Assembly (NCBI GenBank): GCA_965637545.1
Contig: OZ281494.1
Location: 11,284,001 to 11,348,000, forward strand
Reading direction: 5' to 3'
Source of the DNA: Phallusia mammillata
Taxonomy: Eukaryota
DNA: 64,000 nt
Shown here piece after piece: positions 12,801-25,065 of the stretch; the stretch's first letter is position 1; each line of letters opens with the position of its first letter. A program made the position numbers and the translations under genes. The notes below the pieces were generated by a model. It had not been told where the DNA came from. It was given only the letters and a program-made list of their open reading frames with translations, and searched no databases.

Positions 12801-15800
12801 AAAAAGTTTGAAAGAAGTGCAGGTGAAGTTTTTTAAAGCAGAATGTTAAGCAAAGCATCTTATGGATAGAAACTGCCCAGGTTAAAACATTAACATGGAG
12901 GTCAAAATTTGATCACAACAAAATTACACAAATGCCCCTGTATTAGAAGCTAAAGTTTCAGAGGATTTCAACTGCAATCTACTCATAACACATACACAGA
13001 AATAAATGTGAAACCGGAATATAACCAAGGTAGTGCAAGGTGTCTAGTAAAATCCACAGAGTCAGAATGTGCATTTCTCCAATGTATATCGTTTGTTCGC
13101 CGAAATTTGAATGCATCAAGCCAAAGACCCAGTCCACCTTTGTAATAATAACACAATAATTTCGTATGAAGCATATCTTTGTTTTATTACTTCAACAACA
13201 ATCTTTTTTATCAATGGAAAATACCTTCCAACAAATGCAGAAATGCAGAAGTCCTGTTCCAGACTTCCATATTCCCTTGTCCTTCTGTAGCTTTCAAGCT
13301 TGTTACCAAAGCAGCAATCAAGAAGCAGTGCCTTACTATCCAAACCACGTAGAAGACGAGAACTAGGCAAATTTTTAATGAAAACGTTTAGAGTTTAAAT
13401 GACCTATCCAAACACACAAAAATACCTCTTTTGTAGGGCCACCAAACGTCCTGATCGAAACTAAAGGCAAAAGCTTATTGTTAGGGATGATTTTATGACC
13501 TGATGTATGGTGTGCTTTTTATGAAATAGACTGGTGCAAAATTACCAATGTCATTTCACCAACTACCCAATAGAATACATTATTTACTCCATTACTTACG
13601 TTTTGTTCCGTGCTTCGAAAAATAATTTGTAAATAGTGAAGGCGAAATGGCAAACTGCCACTGCTCTCCTAAACTTTACAGAACAACTCATAACTGATTT
13701 TTGTTTTCGAAATATCAAACCAAATCAAAATATTATATCCCTGTGCGCTGTGAGGCCACTGAAACAGTTTGACGCGTTTTTCGACAAGACGAAACTAAAG
13801 TTTTGTGATTGGGTATTGAGGCGTAAAGTTCTCACATACCAACTTCGTTCTGCTTCGTATATTACAGTTAACAGATGCTATGTATATTGTGTTTACGTCA
13901 GTTAGCCATTTGGCTGGCTGAAATGTTACGACCATGTTCATAGTTACACGACTCCCCTAATGGCCACAATTTGCGCAAGGAAAACAAATATGTTGCAAAA
14001 AAACATGGAATTTCCTGTGTAAAGAGGAATTTAAAATATATACGTTGTGAAATGAGTTGTATGGTTTATGTACCCTTCTGCATGTGAAAGGTAAACATCC
14101 AAAAAATCTAGTTTGCTGGAAACGTTTTTTTGCATAGTTTCATGAGACCAATGAACAAAAAATATTTCCACCGCTTGAGTAATATTGGGATAAAATTTGT
14201 TGTGACCAGTAAAAATCAAGCCAATTTTTAGTTTACCAACTTCAACTTCGATTACAGGGAAGTTTTGAGTTAAATGGTCAATCGTGGGCAATCGCTGAAG
14301 TTCCTTCTCCACTTTCCCCCCTCTCTATAGCAGCTATCCCACCCGGAACAAATCAATCACTTCCTCCAGATCCTCCCATCCATATTATCCAGCACATCCA
14401 GAAACCACCAGAGTACGTCGTCATAACATCACAGGTGCTTACATTCAACACACGGTCATTTCCAGCTTTAATGTGCGATAAAACGTAGAATTTTTTAGTA
14501 GTTTGCAATTTGTCACTGTACAAAAACACTTGTGTATTGTTTATGATCTATGGCTTCAGGGTGTTCACATGTTCAACAAACTTCGTCCTGTTGATCAACT
14601 ACGACATTTACTTGAAACGACCACAGATCCGGAATCCGACATAGTGGAGTCATTTTTTAGAGTCTACAAGGTACGTTAAAGTTTACTTTTGTAGATCTTT
14701 ACAGTTTCGAGATGAAAACTATCCCAAGTCAGTGATTCTTTAAGTAACGTGTACGAATTCGCAAGGATCGTCCTAGCAGCTTCACAGAGACCAAAGAAAA
14801 ACTACTCTAGTTGGCTATTTTACGTTGCCGTCACATCAGTTTCTTTCAACTTAGGGTTTAAACTTGTTGTTTTGAACTACAAATCACCTCCAAAAGCACA
14901 AGGGAATGTAAAAAAATTAGAAACGTTTCAATGCCACCAGTATAAGGTCTGTAAGGAATATCTGCGACATTCAACATTGAGATAACATTTTCTCAACTAA
15001 ATTGACTTGTTTTGATTTTTAGAACGGTGAAGCGCTATGTTGTTGCATCATAATTGCAATGTCGGCTGTCCCCACGGAACGTCACATAGCCGAGCGAGCG
15101 GTTGCGGTCTTCCTTCATCACGGAGGTCTTCCTTCACAGAAACCTCCCACCAACATCCAGGGACCTTCCTCTATTGCCTCTCCTCCCGGATTTCCCACTC
15201 TCGCTCCCATGTCTCCCATTGGAGGAGCATTTGACCGTCAGCAGCCTCAGATGAGCATGATGCGAACGCCTGGCGGATGTAAGAGGTTTTTTCGTGTTTG
15301 TCGATTGTGCAAAGTGTTTTTTGAAGTCGTATTGGCCCCACAATGATTGACCCTGCATTAGCATGTGCTATTAGGTGATTGATCAAACAGAACACTAGTG
15401 CATGCAGTAAAACCAAGAAGCCTAGTAGAACAATGCAGTAAAATAGCGTACGACCGTTTCATATACATCCAGAAATCTTTTAGATTACCGTTCACAAAGC
15501 ATTTTGCCTATACGTCTAAAATTCTGATATTTCCATTGAATTTAGTGTTTTTAAACTTTTTATTGCAACAGCAAATTTTGCTTTAGCTAAGCAACCTTAA
15601 GTTTCATTATCTTGGATAAAACAAGCTTACAACGAACAGAATCCAAGCAGTAAACAAATGACAATTACGGTTCATTCACCCCCTCTCATTTTGATTTCAA
15701 ATGTATTTTTCCCATCTAGTGCCCGTTATCAGCACACCGATGCCAGGAGCCTCTACCATCCAACCACCAGTAAACAACCAACAACCATTTCAGCAATCTC

Positions 15801-18800
15801 TCCAACCTATGACAACTACACAAGCAGCCACACCCGTGACGGGTCTGTTGTACTTTTACCTCAAAACCTTGTATTTTCACATGTGTGTACAAGGACTTGT
15901 ATTTCGTTTGCAGAGTCAGGAGTGACAGAGTTGTTGTACTTCTCGGAGCGACAACATGGAGTTTACAAGGTTTTCTCTCGCATCATGCGTCCTCTTTGGG
16001 AGGGAAAACTTGTTGAAGATTACGTTGTGTCCGAGGGAGGAAAGCAACGATGCTTCGTAAGTTTAAATAGTTAACGAGAAGGAAGAAAAATCCAAGCTCC
16101 ATTTACACTGCCACAAAACATACCTGTGCATTTGTTCAGTACATACTACCAAGTCTGGTATAATAAGTTTTGCAACAGTGTGTTGTGTATATATCCCTCA
16201 GTTCATCGGGTAAGATCGCTCAATTACAAAATTTTGCTTTTTTTATTAGTGCACTATGCATGAACCATTAGTTTCCAAGTTCTCACAACCAAGTCTTCTC
16301 AAAACATGCCAATAGTACAAAAATCTGTTATCAATACATTATGTGTTCATCGTTTAGGAACGAACTTCCACCACACGTTTAATATATTTCCTGTGGATTT
16401 TTACTTTGTAGGTTATCAGTCGGCTCGACGAGGAAGTAATTGGAATTGTCCTTGAAAATTTAATTTCCTTTCGCAATTTTGTGACCAAATATTGCAATAC
16501 CCAAGTGCCGATACGGTGAGTGGTGCATCAATCAGTGTGAGAGTAACATGAACAAGGTTGGAAAAAACTTTGCGACGAAGTTTAACTTTAAACGTCAAGA
16601 CACTCAATCATGTACCAACATATGTTTGAGCAAAGTTAACCTAAATGAGAACTTGTAATATTGTTAACCTCTGCTATAGCCATTATCTGGTTTCGTAAAT
16701 GTCATAGGGTTGGCAAGACTGTGACCAATGCAAAATAGTACAGGGGGAAATGCGCCCCTCTTCTAAATAGACCATGGTGTATATTAAAACGGGACACATG
16801 TTGATATTTCAGAGACCACGCCCACTCCTCTCATGACCGCACCTCCCGGATGTACACACAAGGATACGGAAGACCTGAGCAGAACATGAGCGTTCAACAC
16901 GAGATGCAGAGACGCAGTTTAGGTAAAGACACCTCCAACAAACGGAACATTTTCACCAAAATAACAACCCGAATTTCTGTAGAACATCTTGTACATATTA
17001 CGTTTATGTATTGTATCCACTAAAGCATTGATTTCGAACCTGCGGTTTGCGAACCCATTGGGCTCGGAGAGAAAGTTTTGGATTTTGAAATTTTACAAAT
17101 TTATATGAGAAGTACAAAATAGGTTGGAAGCCCATGCGCTAAAGACTGCAAAAAGCGAAGGCTCTATTGCCTCAGTTTGGTACTTAACAGCTGAGCGTCT
17201 TCTTATTCGCAGCAGAAGCAGTGGCAGCCGAACTGGCATCCATGCAGTTCATGGGCGAGTTGGTTAACCGTACAGTGCAAGTGCTCGGTTTGTGGAGGTT
17301 ACTTCTTCATCACCAGTTGCATGTCATATTCGATGCACTGGAAAAGGTGAGACTTTTCCGACGTGTTTAAAATAGTCGACCGCACCGTCTGCCTGCTGTT
17401 GCATGTGAAAACTTTGAGGTATAACCAGTGGTGGGTTCTATCACAAAAGTTATATTTTCAGCAGGTTCTGTTACAAAAAGTCCATTGACAGTAACCAGTG
17501 ATGCTAACCGGTTCGCTGATCACATAAAATTTCGTGAGACGGTTCTATAGAACCGACTGAATCCCACCACTGGGTATAACGCATTTAGGTGTTTAAAAAC
17601 ATTAAACTACAAACCAAGACTATAATAATCAGAACTTACCGTAATGCAGTGATCACTTATGGTTTCAGAGTCACCAAATCGTGTTAAAGGCGACCACATT
17701 TAATGAACTTGTGCTAAACGGAGAAAACGTAAGTTGTTATCTCTTTGTTTTGAAATGTATTCACCTTCGTCGATTTGTTTCTAACATTTTTTGTGATTCA
17801 TTTCCAGCTGTGTAGTGCTTTAATTTCTACGTTAGTGACCAAATACATAGATGACAACAACACAGTGGACGCTTTGAGTGGTCAACTTCGGGAAGTCTGT
17901 CCGTCTTTGTATTCACCCGACGACGCAATCTGCTCCAAGGTAATGTTTCGACATTCGATCGTTAGGTTGTTGGTTTAAATCCCACATCGACCGTTTATGT
18001 TAAGAAATCGCCGTTTTATAAAGCAACGCACAAGTATGACACCTGGAAAGTTAGATTCATTTTAGGATATTTTCACCATATTTTCATCCTCAAAAGAGCA
18101 AACATTGTTGCCAAACTTTATAACTAGTTACATTTGAAGCCCAGAGAAAAAGTATGTTTGACAAATTTCACCAAACCAAATGTAAAGTTTACCTTAGTTT
18201 TCGTAACAAACAAAATACGACAACGTACAATATGTTAAAAATTCTACATTTCCAGTGGGGTTAAGCCCAAGATGTATTTTAATTGCTTCATAAAGACGAA
18301 AATATGTTGAGTAAACACAGGATAAGGAGGACATTTAGATTTTTTGCCTTTGGAGATAAGAGGATGTGTAGTAGGCTCTTTTACATGATCATTACCCAAA
18401 TATTCCACAAACCGAAATTTGTACTAAAACCAGCACAAAACTTTCCAAGTCAGAAATAAGGGCTTTGCTTCAATTTGTCGTGTTCTTAGGCGAGCGAGTT
18501 ACTCAGTGCAGCTCGTCAAAGTCATCCATCACAACGACAAGACCAACTACTTGAGGCAGCTCATCTTTTCCAACAGATCGCTCACTCCGTCAATCTGCCA
18601 GTGGTCGTCCAACAGTTTCAAGCAGGTCGGTCAACATTTAATTGCCATGTCTTTAGTTTTAAAAAGGATTATTATGTGGTTACAACCAAAAAGTGTATGC
18701 ATAATAATAATGTAATGAATATTGACGTGTTACGTTTTACAGGCTAAATTATAGATTCTCGACAAATTATAGACTGTGTTGACTAGGGATGTGCCAAAAC

Positions 18801-21800
18801 TGCAAATGTTCTGTTTGGTCGAGCACCGAGCTTCTCACGTTAATGCTCGGTGCGTTATGACGTCACAAAAAATCCCCTTTCTACGTTCTAGCTCTCAGTG
18901 CCGGATTAACCATTAGGCAAAGTAGGCACGTGCCTACAGGCCAGTCAAAAATCCAGACCACTTCAAAATCAGTAGAAATTTAGTCATGTTTTCAAAATAT
19001 TTATTTTCTAAACTAGTAAGTATTTATCTTAATAGCTCTGTTTGATTGACCTCCAAAAACGAGTTAACGCCTTTTCAATAGCAAAAACGCGCAAAGTTGT
19101 CATTTAGTTAGGCATATGACCAAGTTTTTGCACGGTACCCTATGTTATAGTTGCAACAACGATCTTTGTGACAATGATTTGGCAACACTGATAATTCTAT
19201 TCTTTTAGTTGGCAACCCTGATTTTCGGGTCACTTATAAAATGTGCCTACAGGCCAGCAGACCCTTAATCCAGCACTGCTAGCTCTACAAGGTCTCTTAC
19301 GTCACCAGCGGTGTTTTTTTAAGCTGACATGCCCATAAAGTACGCGCTTTTCCACCATCTAAAACATTTGAAAAATCATTCGTTTTTGTTCATAGATACC
19401 GTTTCGAACACTAGTTACGTATGTTAGCAGGGCATAAATGTGCAAATTTAATGCTCGGGTCAGTTTGTGCAACTGCTCGGCCGAGCACCGAGCATCAAAA
19501 ACAGCGATGCTCGGTACCGAGTACTCGGGTTCTAGTTCGGCTCGGCCCATCCCTAGTGTTGACATGTTGACATTATCGTGTATAAAATCTCGTTAGTATT
19601 GCGCTTAGGGGTTTATTTATGCCGGTTTGTATGCAATGGTACAGTATGTTAGATACGAGCGCAGAAAAAAGGCGACGTAAAGGGATTTTTTTCAATAAAC
19701 TTGACAACACTTATTTCTTTAACCGAAAACGTGAAGTATGTATGTGTGCCAGTTCATACTTTCAATGGAAACGAAAAACAACAACAAAGAAATCAATGCG
19801 TGTAGCATAACCATGTGTGAATTGTTGCAGTTCGTTTCTACACCGGAGCTGTGGATTTATGTCTAAGAGCAGCGCTAAAGCGTGACGAGGACAACCTTGC
19901 ATTGAAGCTCTATCATTCCCCACAAGCCAATAACGACCCGGAGGTGGACCCCGAGTTTCGTAAAGCATATCTCGCAAGGTAAATTTTGCGAAAATATTCA
20001 GTTTGTAAATCAAGGTACCCATCAATACACTAAGATAAACACAGTCTTGTGCAATACTGTGTGAAGGAAGAGGTTGAATACGTGACACAGAAACACCAAA
20101 AAACGCTTGAACCAGCTTTTTGTAGTAGTTGTTTAGGCCAGAGGTTCTTTGTCGGTGGTGCATTTATTCTCAAAGGGGTAACTTCGACATGCCTTAGGGT
20201 CTCCGGTCTGTATTGTTATTATAACCTACACACGCGCACTAGCTACATACCATTAATAAGTCAACGACAAGCAATTTTAGACTTCGCTTTTTTGCAACAG
20301 TTTTGCGGGATAAAAAACACTAGGAAGGGGTTTCAGAAGCCTGCCAGAAAGTGAACGAAAAAATGAACATTCTTACTTATAATAAACATTTTTTGTTAAA
20401 TCAGCTGACATTTTTAGGCAATTAAGAAACTAAGACTTTAAAACGAACATGGTTTTGAGAAGTTAATGATCTTCACTCTTTGTGCAGGGCCGAATGTTAC
20501 AAATGCATTATCGACATGCTTGACGAACTGATGACGGCAGGTCAGAGCCAGCCGCAAGCACCGAGCGTCCCAACCCAACCCGGACCCCCAAAAGTCACCA
20601 CCAGTCCGACTGGGGTTAGTTCCCTGTCAAGCCCCCTACAACCCGAAGAAGCCCAGCAGCAGGTGTGGTATTACAATGCTCCATATTTATATGATTTTAG
20701 TTGTCTATTTTGCCTTATAATCACTGTTACAGAGTTGTAAGTGGACCGGATTCGGGCTTAGGTTTCTTAAAAACCAGACTTGATTCGGGCCTGACTTTAC
20801 ACTCTGTGTAAGTGTTTTTAAATAGATGTAACTGACGTTATGTCAAATAGCCCCAAAACGTCTTACCTAAACAGGCTTTTAATAACGATTCAGGTTCTGG
20901 CTTCAATTTCAGGCCCGTTTACAACACTGTACTGTTAGTATAGGCCTACTACAAAATTAGCTTTGGCAATTTAAGTCTGAAATTAAGTTGTAAACGTCGG
21001 AGACTTTTTTAGGCGGAGAGATGTCTGCAGAAAGCCCTTAATTCGTCAGACGAACTGCTTCATGTCACAATATATGAGTGGATGATGCAAAAGAAACTGA
21101 CTGCACAACTTTTATGTGTAAGTATAACATGGTTGAATGTGCTTCATAGCGCCATTGAAACTTGTGACAAAAAAATTAACTACCCTGGCGATTTTTTTAC
21201 GTTTTCACCGAAATGTATTTCAACTTAAAAACTGATTTTAATGTTGATTTCGGAAAACTCACTTCGCATATTTTCATTATTTTTTAAGTTAATCAACAAT
21301 ACCGGTAATCAACCATTCTAGTTTAGTTGGAACCAACTGTTAAAAAAATGAAAAAAGTTTCAGTTTCATCTTACATATTTAATGGTATTAAATAGCAATA
21401 ATAATATTAATAACAGAAACAATTTAATAGTAATAAAAGTATTAATAGTAATAATATTATTAATAGTACCAACAACAGTAACAATCATAATGTTAATAAT
21501 AAACAATACTTCATATCTGATCCATAGGTGTCATCGCCCTACGTGGAGTCATTTTTGAAACGTGTAGCTGCAAGTCAAGAAGAAAACCCTTCGACCATTG
21601 GCGCGGAGGGCAGCGATCTCTTGTGGCAGTATTATGAACGAAGTGGTCAACATTCTGCCGCGGCAGAGATTCTTGCCAATCTCGCTGAAAAACCAGGGTA
21701 TGAATAAGCGTTATAGGTTTTTGTCAACCAATGTTTGAAAATTATGATAAGAATTGCCTTTGCTAGAAAAAGCCATCAGTCTTGTCAAAGGTTATTCTTA

Positions 21801-24252
21801 AATCGCAGTTACTATTTTTTTAAAGGTTTCTTATAAGCAGTTTTTTTTTCAAACTTTTTGAAGTCACAGAACATTTTATACAGTAAAATAATTTTGCGGA
21901 ACACTAAATGAAATTTTATAACGTTCAATAAAACAAACAAGCTCATAATTAATTGTATTGTGCTTAAGCAGCAACAGGCCAACGCAGTTACACGGTTATT
22001 ATGACACAAGGAGGTTATTTTTACACAACAAAAAAAGCGAATCATGATGGAATACTCATACCGGTGATAATTGATGATTACTTTCATAAATAAAAAGCTA
22101 TTTACTCCCTTTGTGTTAAATCTGTGTCTTCCGACTAGTATTCCATGGACTAATGCATTTCTTGCGGTTGTTGAAAACACTTGTTGAAAGTCACTAATCT
22201 ATATATTATCTTGGGTTACACCTTTTTTTAATGTTGCAACTAATATTTTGTTAAAATGCCTTTGAACAACATTATTCAAATACCGCCTATATTACCTATA
22301 CAAAATTATTCTTCAAAAGGTCAGATCGTCCTCTGTCAGAACGCATCGAAAACTTGTCACGTGCCAAAATCAACGCAAGAAGTGTGACGTCAGTGACAGC
22401 GGATTCAGCGACCGGAGGTCAACTGCTCCACGAGCTTGAGGAAAAACTTGAGGTATTTTTTGACTTTTCCTGCTATATTTTACGAATTGTTTGTGTTTTA
22501 AAACAAGTTTCCAGCCATGTTATGTATTTGAAAAAACAGTACCTTGATAAAAAATTATTAAATAAACTGTTTAAAAACCCACAGAAAACCTTTAGATCAA
22601 CTCATACTGTTCGTGAAATGTTTCATCGAAATACATAATTGCCAGAGAACGTGTGTTTCTTACTAAATACGTGGTATTGATAACGGTTCAATTGTTATTA
22701 GTAGTGCAAATTAGCGGTGTATAGTCGAAAGGGAGCTTGAAAACAGTTTGCTGTGTGATATAGGTCGCAGAAATTCAAATGCAGACTTTGGATCAGCTGA
22801 AGAGTTTGCGTGAGAATGAGGCAGTGACAAAACTCAACTCACATCTCGTTGACATAACAACTGTAAGTTACCACTGTATTTGTTAGCACGGCTCATGAAC
22901 ACAAAACCATTGATGTTTGTCTCTAATTTTATCTTTTCTCAGTGTATTTGATGTTGGTTGCTTTAATAAGATGTAGCGAGGTCGGTTAATTAACTCAGTA
23001 TATATATTTTTTAGTTATATCGCGAATTTGCGGAGCCGTACCAGTTAGCAGAATGCAAGCTGGCGATCGTGCATTGCGCTGGACTTCATGACCCAGCTCT
23101 GGTTGAAGCTTTATGGCAAAATATCGTCGAACACGGTAACATATACCTTCTATACATAGATTTTACCTTTTCGCCTTATTAACAACATCGGGATATTATA
23201 CTGTCGAGTGGATGTAAATCCATTTGCTATTGTTAGTGACTCAAACTTCAGACCTTACACTGTTGTTACCGACACATTAGGGATACCCTTTCATTCAATT
23301 GCGATCTATTTATATTCTATGAATCTGTGCTTTTTTTAGAGTTGTCAAAGCCAAGTAGCAGTGGCGGAGGTGCACAAGGTGAAGCAGCCATCGTTAAACT
23401 GAAGCTGATCGATCTGGGAAAACGTTACGTTTCGACTCGTCGCTACTTTCCCATAGGTAAGCTAGAACTGCATGCAGTGAACAATGGTTCATTGGTGCCT
23501 TTTACCCTAATGGGACGAAATAGGCCATTTGATTAATTCCCAAATCTGCAAGAAAGTAAAAGATCTGCGTTAAATCCGTTGCAAGGAAGAAGTGATGCGT
23601 GGGGCTGCCTGTCAGTGACATTGAGTCACGAAATGATTTGTAAACTTTGCAGAATCACTGGTAGCTTACCTCGAAAAAATTTCATGCGGTCGAGGTTGGG
23701 ATGTGACTTGGACTTATTCATGTATGTTAGAGATCGGAGTTTCACTTATCGAATTACTTGAAGTATATGGAAAACTTCACGCACAAAAGGTAAAAAACAG
23801 GTTTTGTTTCGACAAATTCACTTACGGGTCATTCGCATTAACCGTTTCATTTCTCACAATCGAAACCTTTAGCAATGTATTTAAGTACATCAGCTGCGTT
23901 AACCGTATGTTTATTTGTTTCAGCTCCCTTGCTGGGCGGGATATGGCAACCCACATCACTTGCTTTGCGTCTTTAACGAACTTCTAAATACCTTTCTCGC
24001 TGACGCACATAGATACGCTTCCGGTCAGCAAAGGTCAGTATGCCATTTTCCTACATTACCTTAAAACAGTTGCTAACATACTAGTTGATTTTCAGACGCC
24101 ATCTGCTTAATCGTTCTTTGGACGCTATGGCTCTCCATCTAGTTGAACTTCGATCTATCACGTCTCCCAACGAGCAAGTTCGCCACTTGATAGCGCTGAT
24201 GAGACGTACCCAGGCTGGCCTTGAAGCCATGCAAGAACGGACACACACATGA
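9881..24252 (+). CDS. NUP155: Nucleoporin 155 (Nup155/Nup170 family), 31 coding exons, about 1417 aa
   Basis: Exons: 9881-10004, 10071-10193, 10402-10656, 10882-11027, 11089-11194, 11281-11354, 12162-12351, 12415-12594, 12725-12822, 14258-14434, 14560-14670, 15023-15278, 15720-15842, 15914-16056, 16412-16515, 16813-16922, 17213-17346, 17669-17728, 17808-17939, 18490-18625, 19831-19978, 20488-20662, 21013-21117, 21528-21697, 22320-22452, 22764-22862, 23015-23135, 23340-23456, 23653-23789, 23924-24033, 24096-24252 (sum 4254 nt, in frame). Motifs recognised from vertebrate NUP155: [115 protein letters not shown]. Confidence 0.98.
10194..10401 (+). other. U12-type (minor spliceosome) GT-AG intron, Nup155 intron 2
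   Basis: 5' splice site GTATCCTTT at 10194-10202 matches the U12 consensus. Branch-like TTTCTTAAC at 10371-10379. 3' end lacks a normal polypyrimidine tract (acctacttaag). Splicing restores EQFS-H-MQCNC. Confidence 0.9.
11372..11957. mobile_element. Foldback/MITE element with long inverted arms in Nup155 intron 6
   Basis: Outer inverted repeat aagctgcagacaatgcacact (11372-11392) / agtgtgcactgtctgcagctt (11937-11957). Inner inverted arms of about 125 bp at about 11454-11580 and 11792-11920 (tatataaaacacaag...tttacaaactggag and its complement). Superfamily not established. Confidence 0.85.
12983..13691 (-). CDS. Nested antisense gene in Nup155 intron 9; uncharacterised 139-aa predicted multi-pass membrane protein
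   Basis: Four exons 13691-13600, 13460-13426, 13362-13225, 13137-12983 (92+35+138+155=420 nt) joined by three GT-AG introns of 139, 63 and 87 nt (donors GTAAGT, GTATTT, GTATTT). They give one uninterrupted frame from ATG to TGA: [140 protein letters not shown] CpG-rich promoter-like patch lies upstream (about 13700-13950). Confidence 0.8.
17426..17572. mobile_element. hAT MITE, 147 bp, Nup155 intron 17
   Basis: TIRs cagtggtggg.ttc / gaatcccaccactg; perfect 8-bp TSD GGTATAAC at 17418-17425 and 17573-17580. Confidence 0.92.
18784..19555. mobile_element. hAT (Ac-like, TAGGG ends) MITE in Nup155 intron 20, host of a nested MITE
   Basis: Ends tagggatgtgcc / ggcccatcccta; perfect TSD GTGTTGAC at 18776-18783 and 19556-19563; subterminal CGAGCACCGAG repeats at both ends. 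Confidence 0.92.
18896..19278. mobile_element. hAT MITE nested inside the 18784-19555 element
   Basis: TIRs cagtgccggattaa / ttaatccagcactg; perfect TSD CTAGCTCT at 18888-18895 and 19279-19286; internal direct repeat gtgcctacaggccag. Confidence 0.92.
20730..20929. mobile_element. hAT-like MITE, Nup155 intron 22
   Basis: Imperfect TIRs cagagttgtaagtggacc / ggcccgtttacaacactg; TSD cactgtta / tactgtta (7/8). Confidence 0.75.
21383..21508. repeat. Degenerate (AAT)n-like low-complexity tract just upstream of Nup155 exon 24
   Basis: About 125 bp dominated by aat/aac/agt trinucleotides. Confidence 0.8.
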
Positions 24253-24492
24253 CGAAAAAACATTGTTTCCCGTTTATCGGCGCAACAGCCTAACACTGCC
24301 ATTTTTCATGTGTTTTTTGGTTAGATCAATTGTTATCACGTACCAAAGTTCAGTACACTAATTGACTGCCGCCAAATCGTGACTGAGTTTATGACTCGCT
24401 GAGTATTAACAAAGGATAAGGTTGCTAACTTGGCATTGATGGAATATAACCTGAACGCAAGTGGACATGTCCGAGAAATGGTTCACGTAGGC

Positions 24493-24822
24493 CAGGGGTG
24501 TCCAAACTGCGGCCCGCGGGCCAAATGCGGCCCCCGACGGCATTTTAAGTGGCCCGCGGCTGTTTTTTTTAAATTGTGTTGCGTATGGCCCGCCATAGTT
24601 TGGAACTTTGGATTAAGTTTTTGGGTTTTGGCGACGCTACATCACGCAAAAGCTTTCCATTGAACTTCATTTACCGGTAAAAAGGAAGGTGCTGACTCAA
24701 CAAAATCACAAAATTTCCTTAAATCCTGTAAATTTGTGTCTTAATTCTGAAAAAACTTTGGCCCGCGGGCGTCTTTACCTGGTAAAATTTGGCCCCCGTT
24801 AAAAAAAGTTTGGACACCCCTG
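24493..24822. mobile_element. hAT (Charlie/Buster-like) MITE, 330 bp, just downstream of the Nup155 stop
   Basis: Perfect 16-bp TIR caggggtgtccaaact / agtttggacacccctg; perfect TSD ACGTAGGC at 24485-24492 and 24823-24830; GGCCCGCGG subterminal repeats. Confidence 0.96.
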
Positions 24823-25065
24823 ACGTAGGCAAATAAGCTAGTTGGAAATGGCACGTCGTTAGCGTATGAAATAAATAGACGAAAGGTAAAAATATGTTAA
24901 CAAGAAGGTACAGAAAGTGTGATACATGCTTTTGTGTACTTCACTGGCTAACTGGGATTCAAGTTGAAAATTGAAATTAAATCCATTGCTCTTTTTGCCT
25001 CACAACCTCCTTTTATAACCGATGCTGCGACCCAATGCACCCTTTTGTCTGATGTAACACTAGAA

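Noticed and set aside
12983-13174. KGGLGL motif suggesting a LINE reverse transcriptase tail
   Set aside because: No other RT motifs; better explained as the last exon of the nested gene plus intron sequence.
9373-24302. Many ORF-track entries over Nup155 (for example 11740-12126, 15134-15364, 19762-20163, 21812-22180)
   Set aside because: They are exon read-throughs, antisense shadows of exons, or MITE/intron sequence rather than independent genes.
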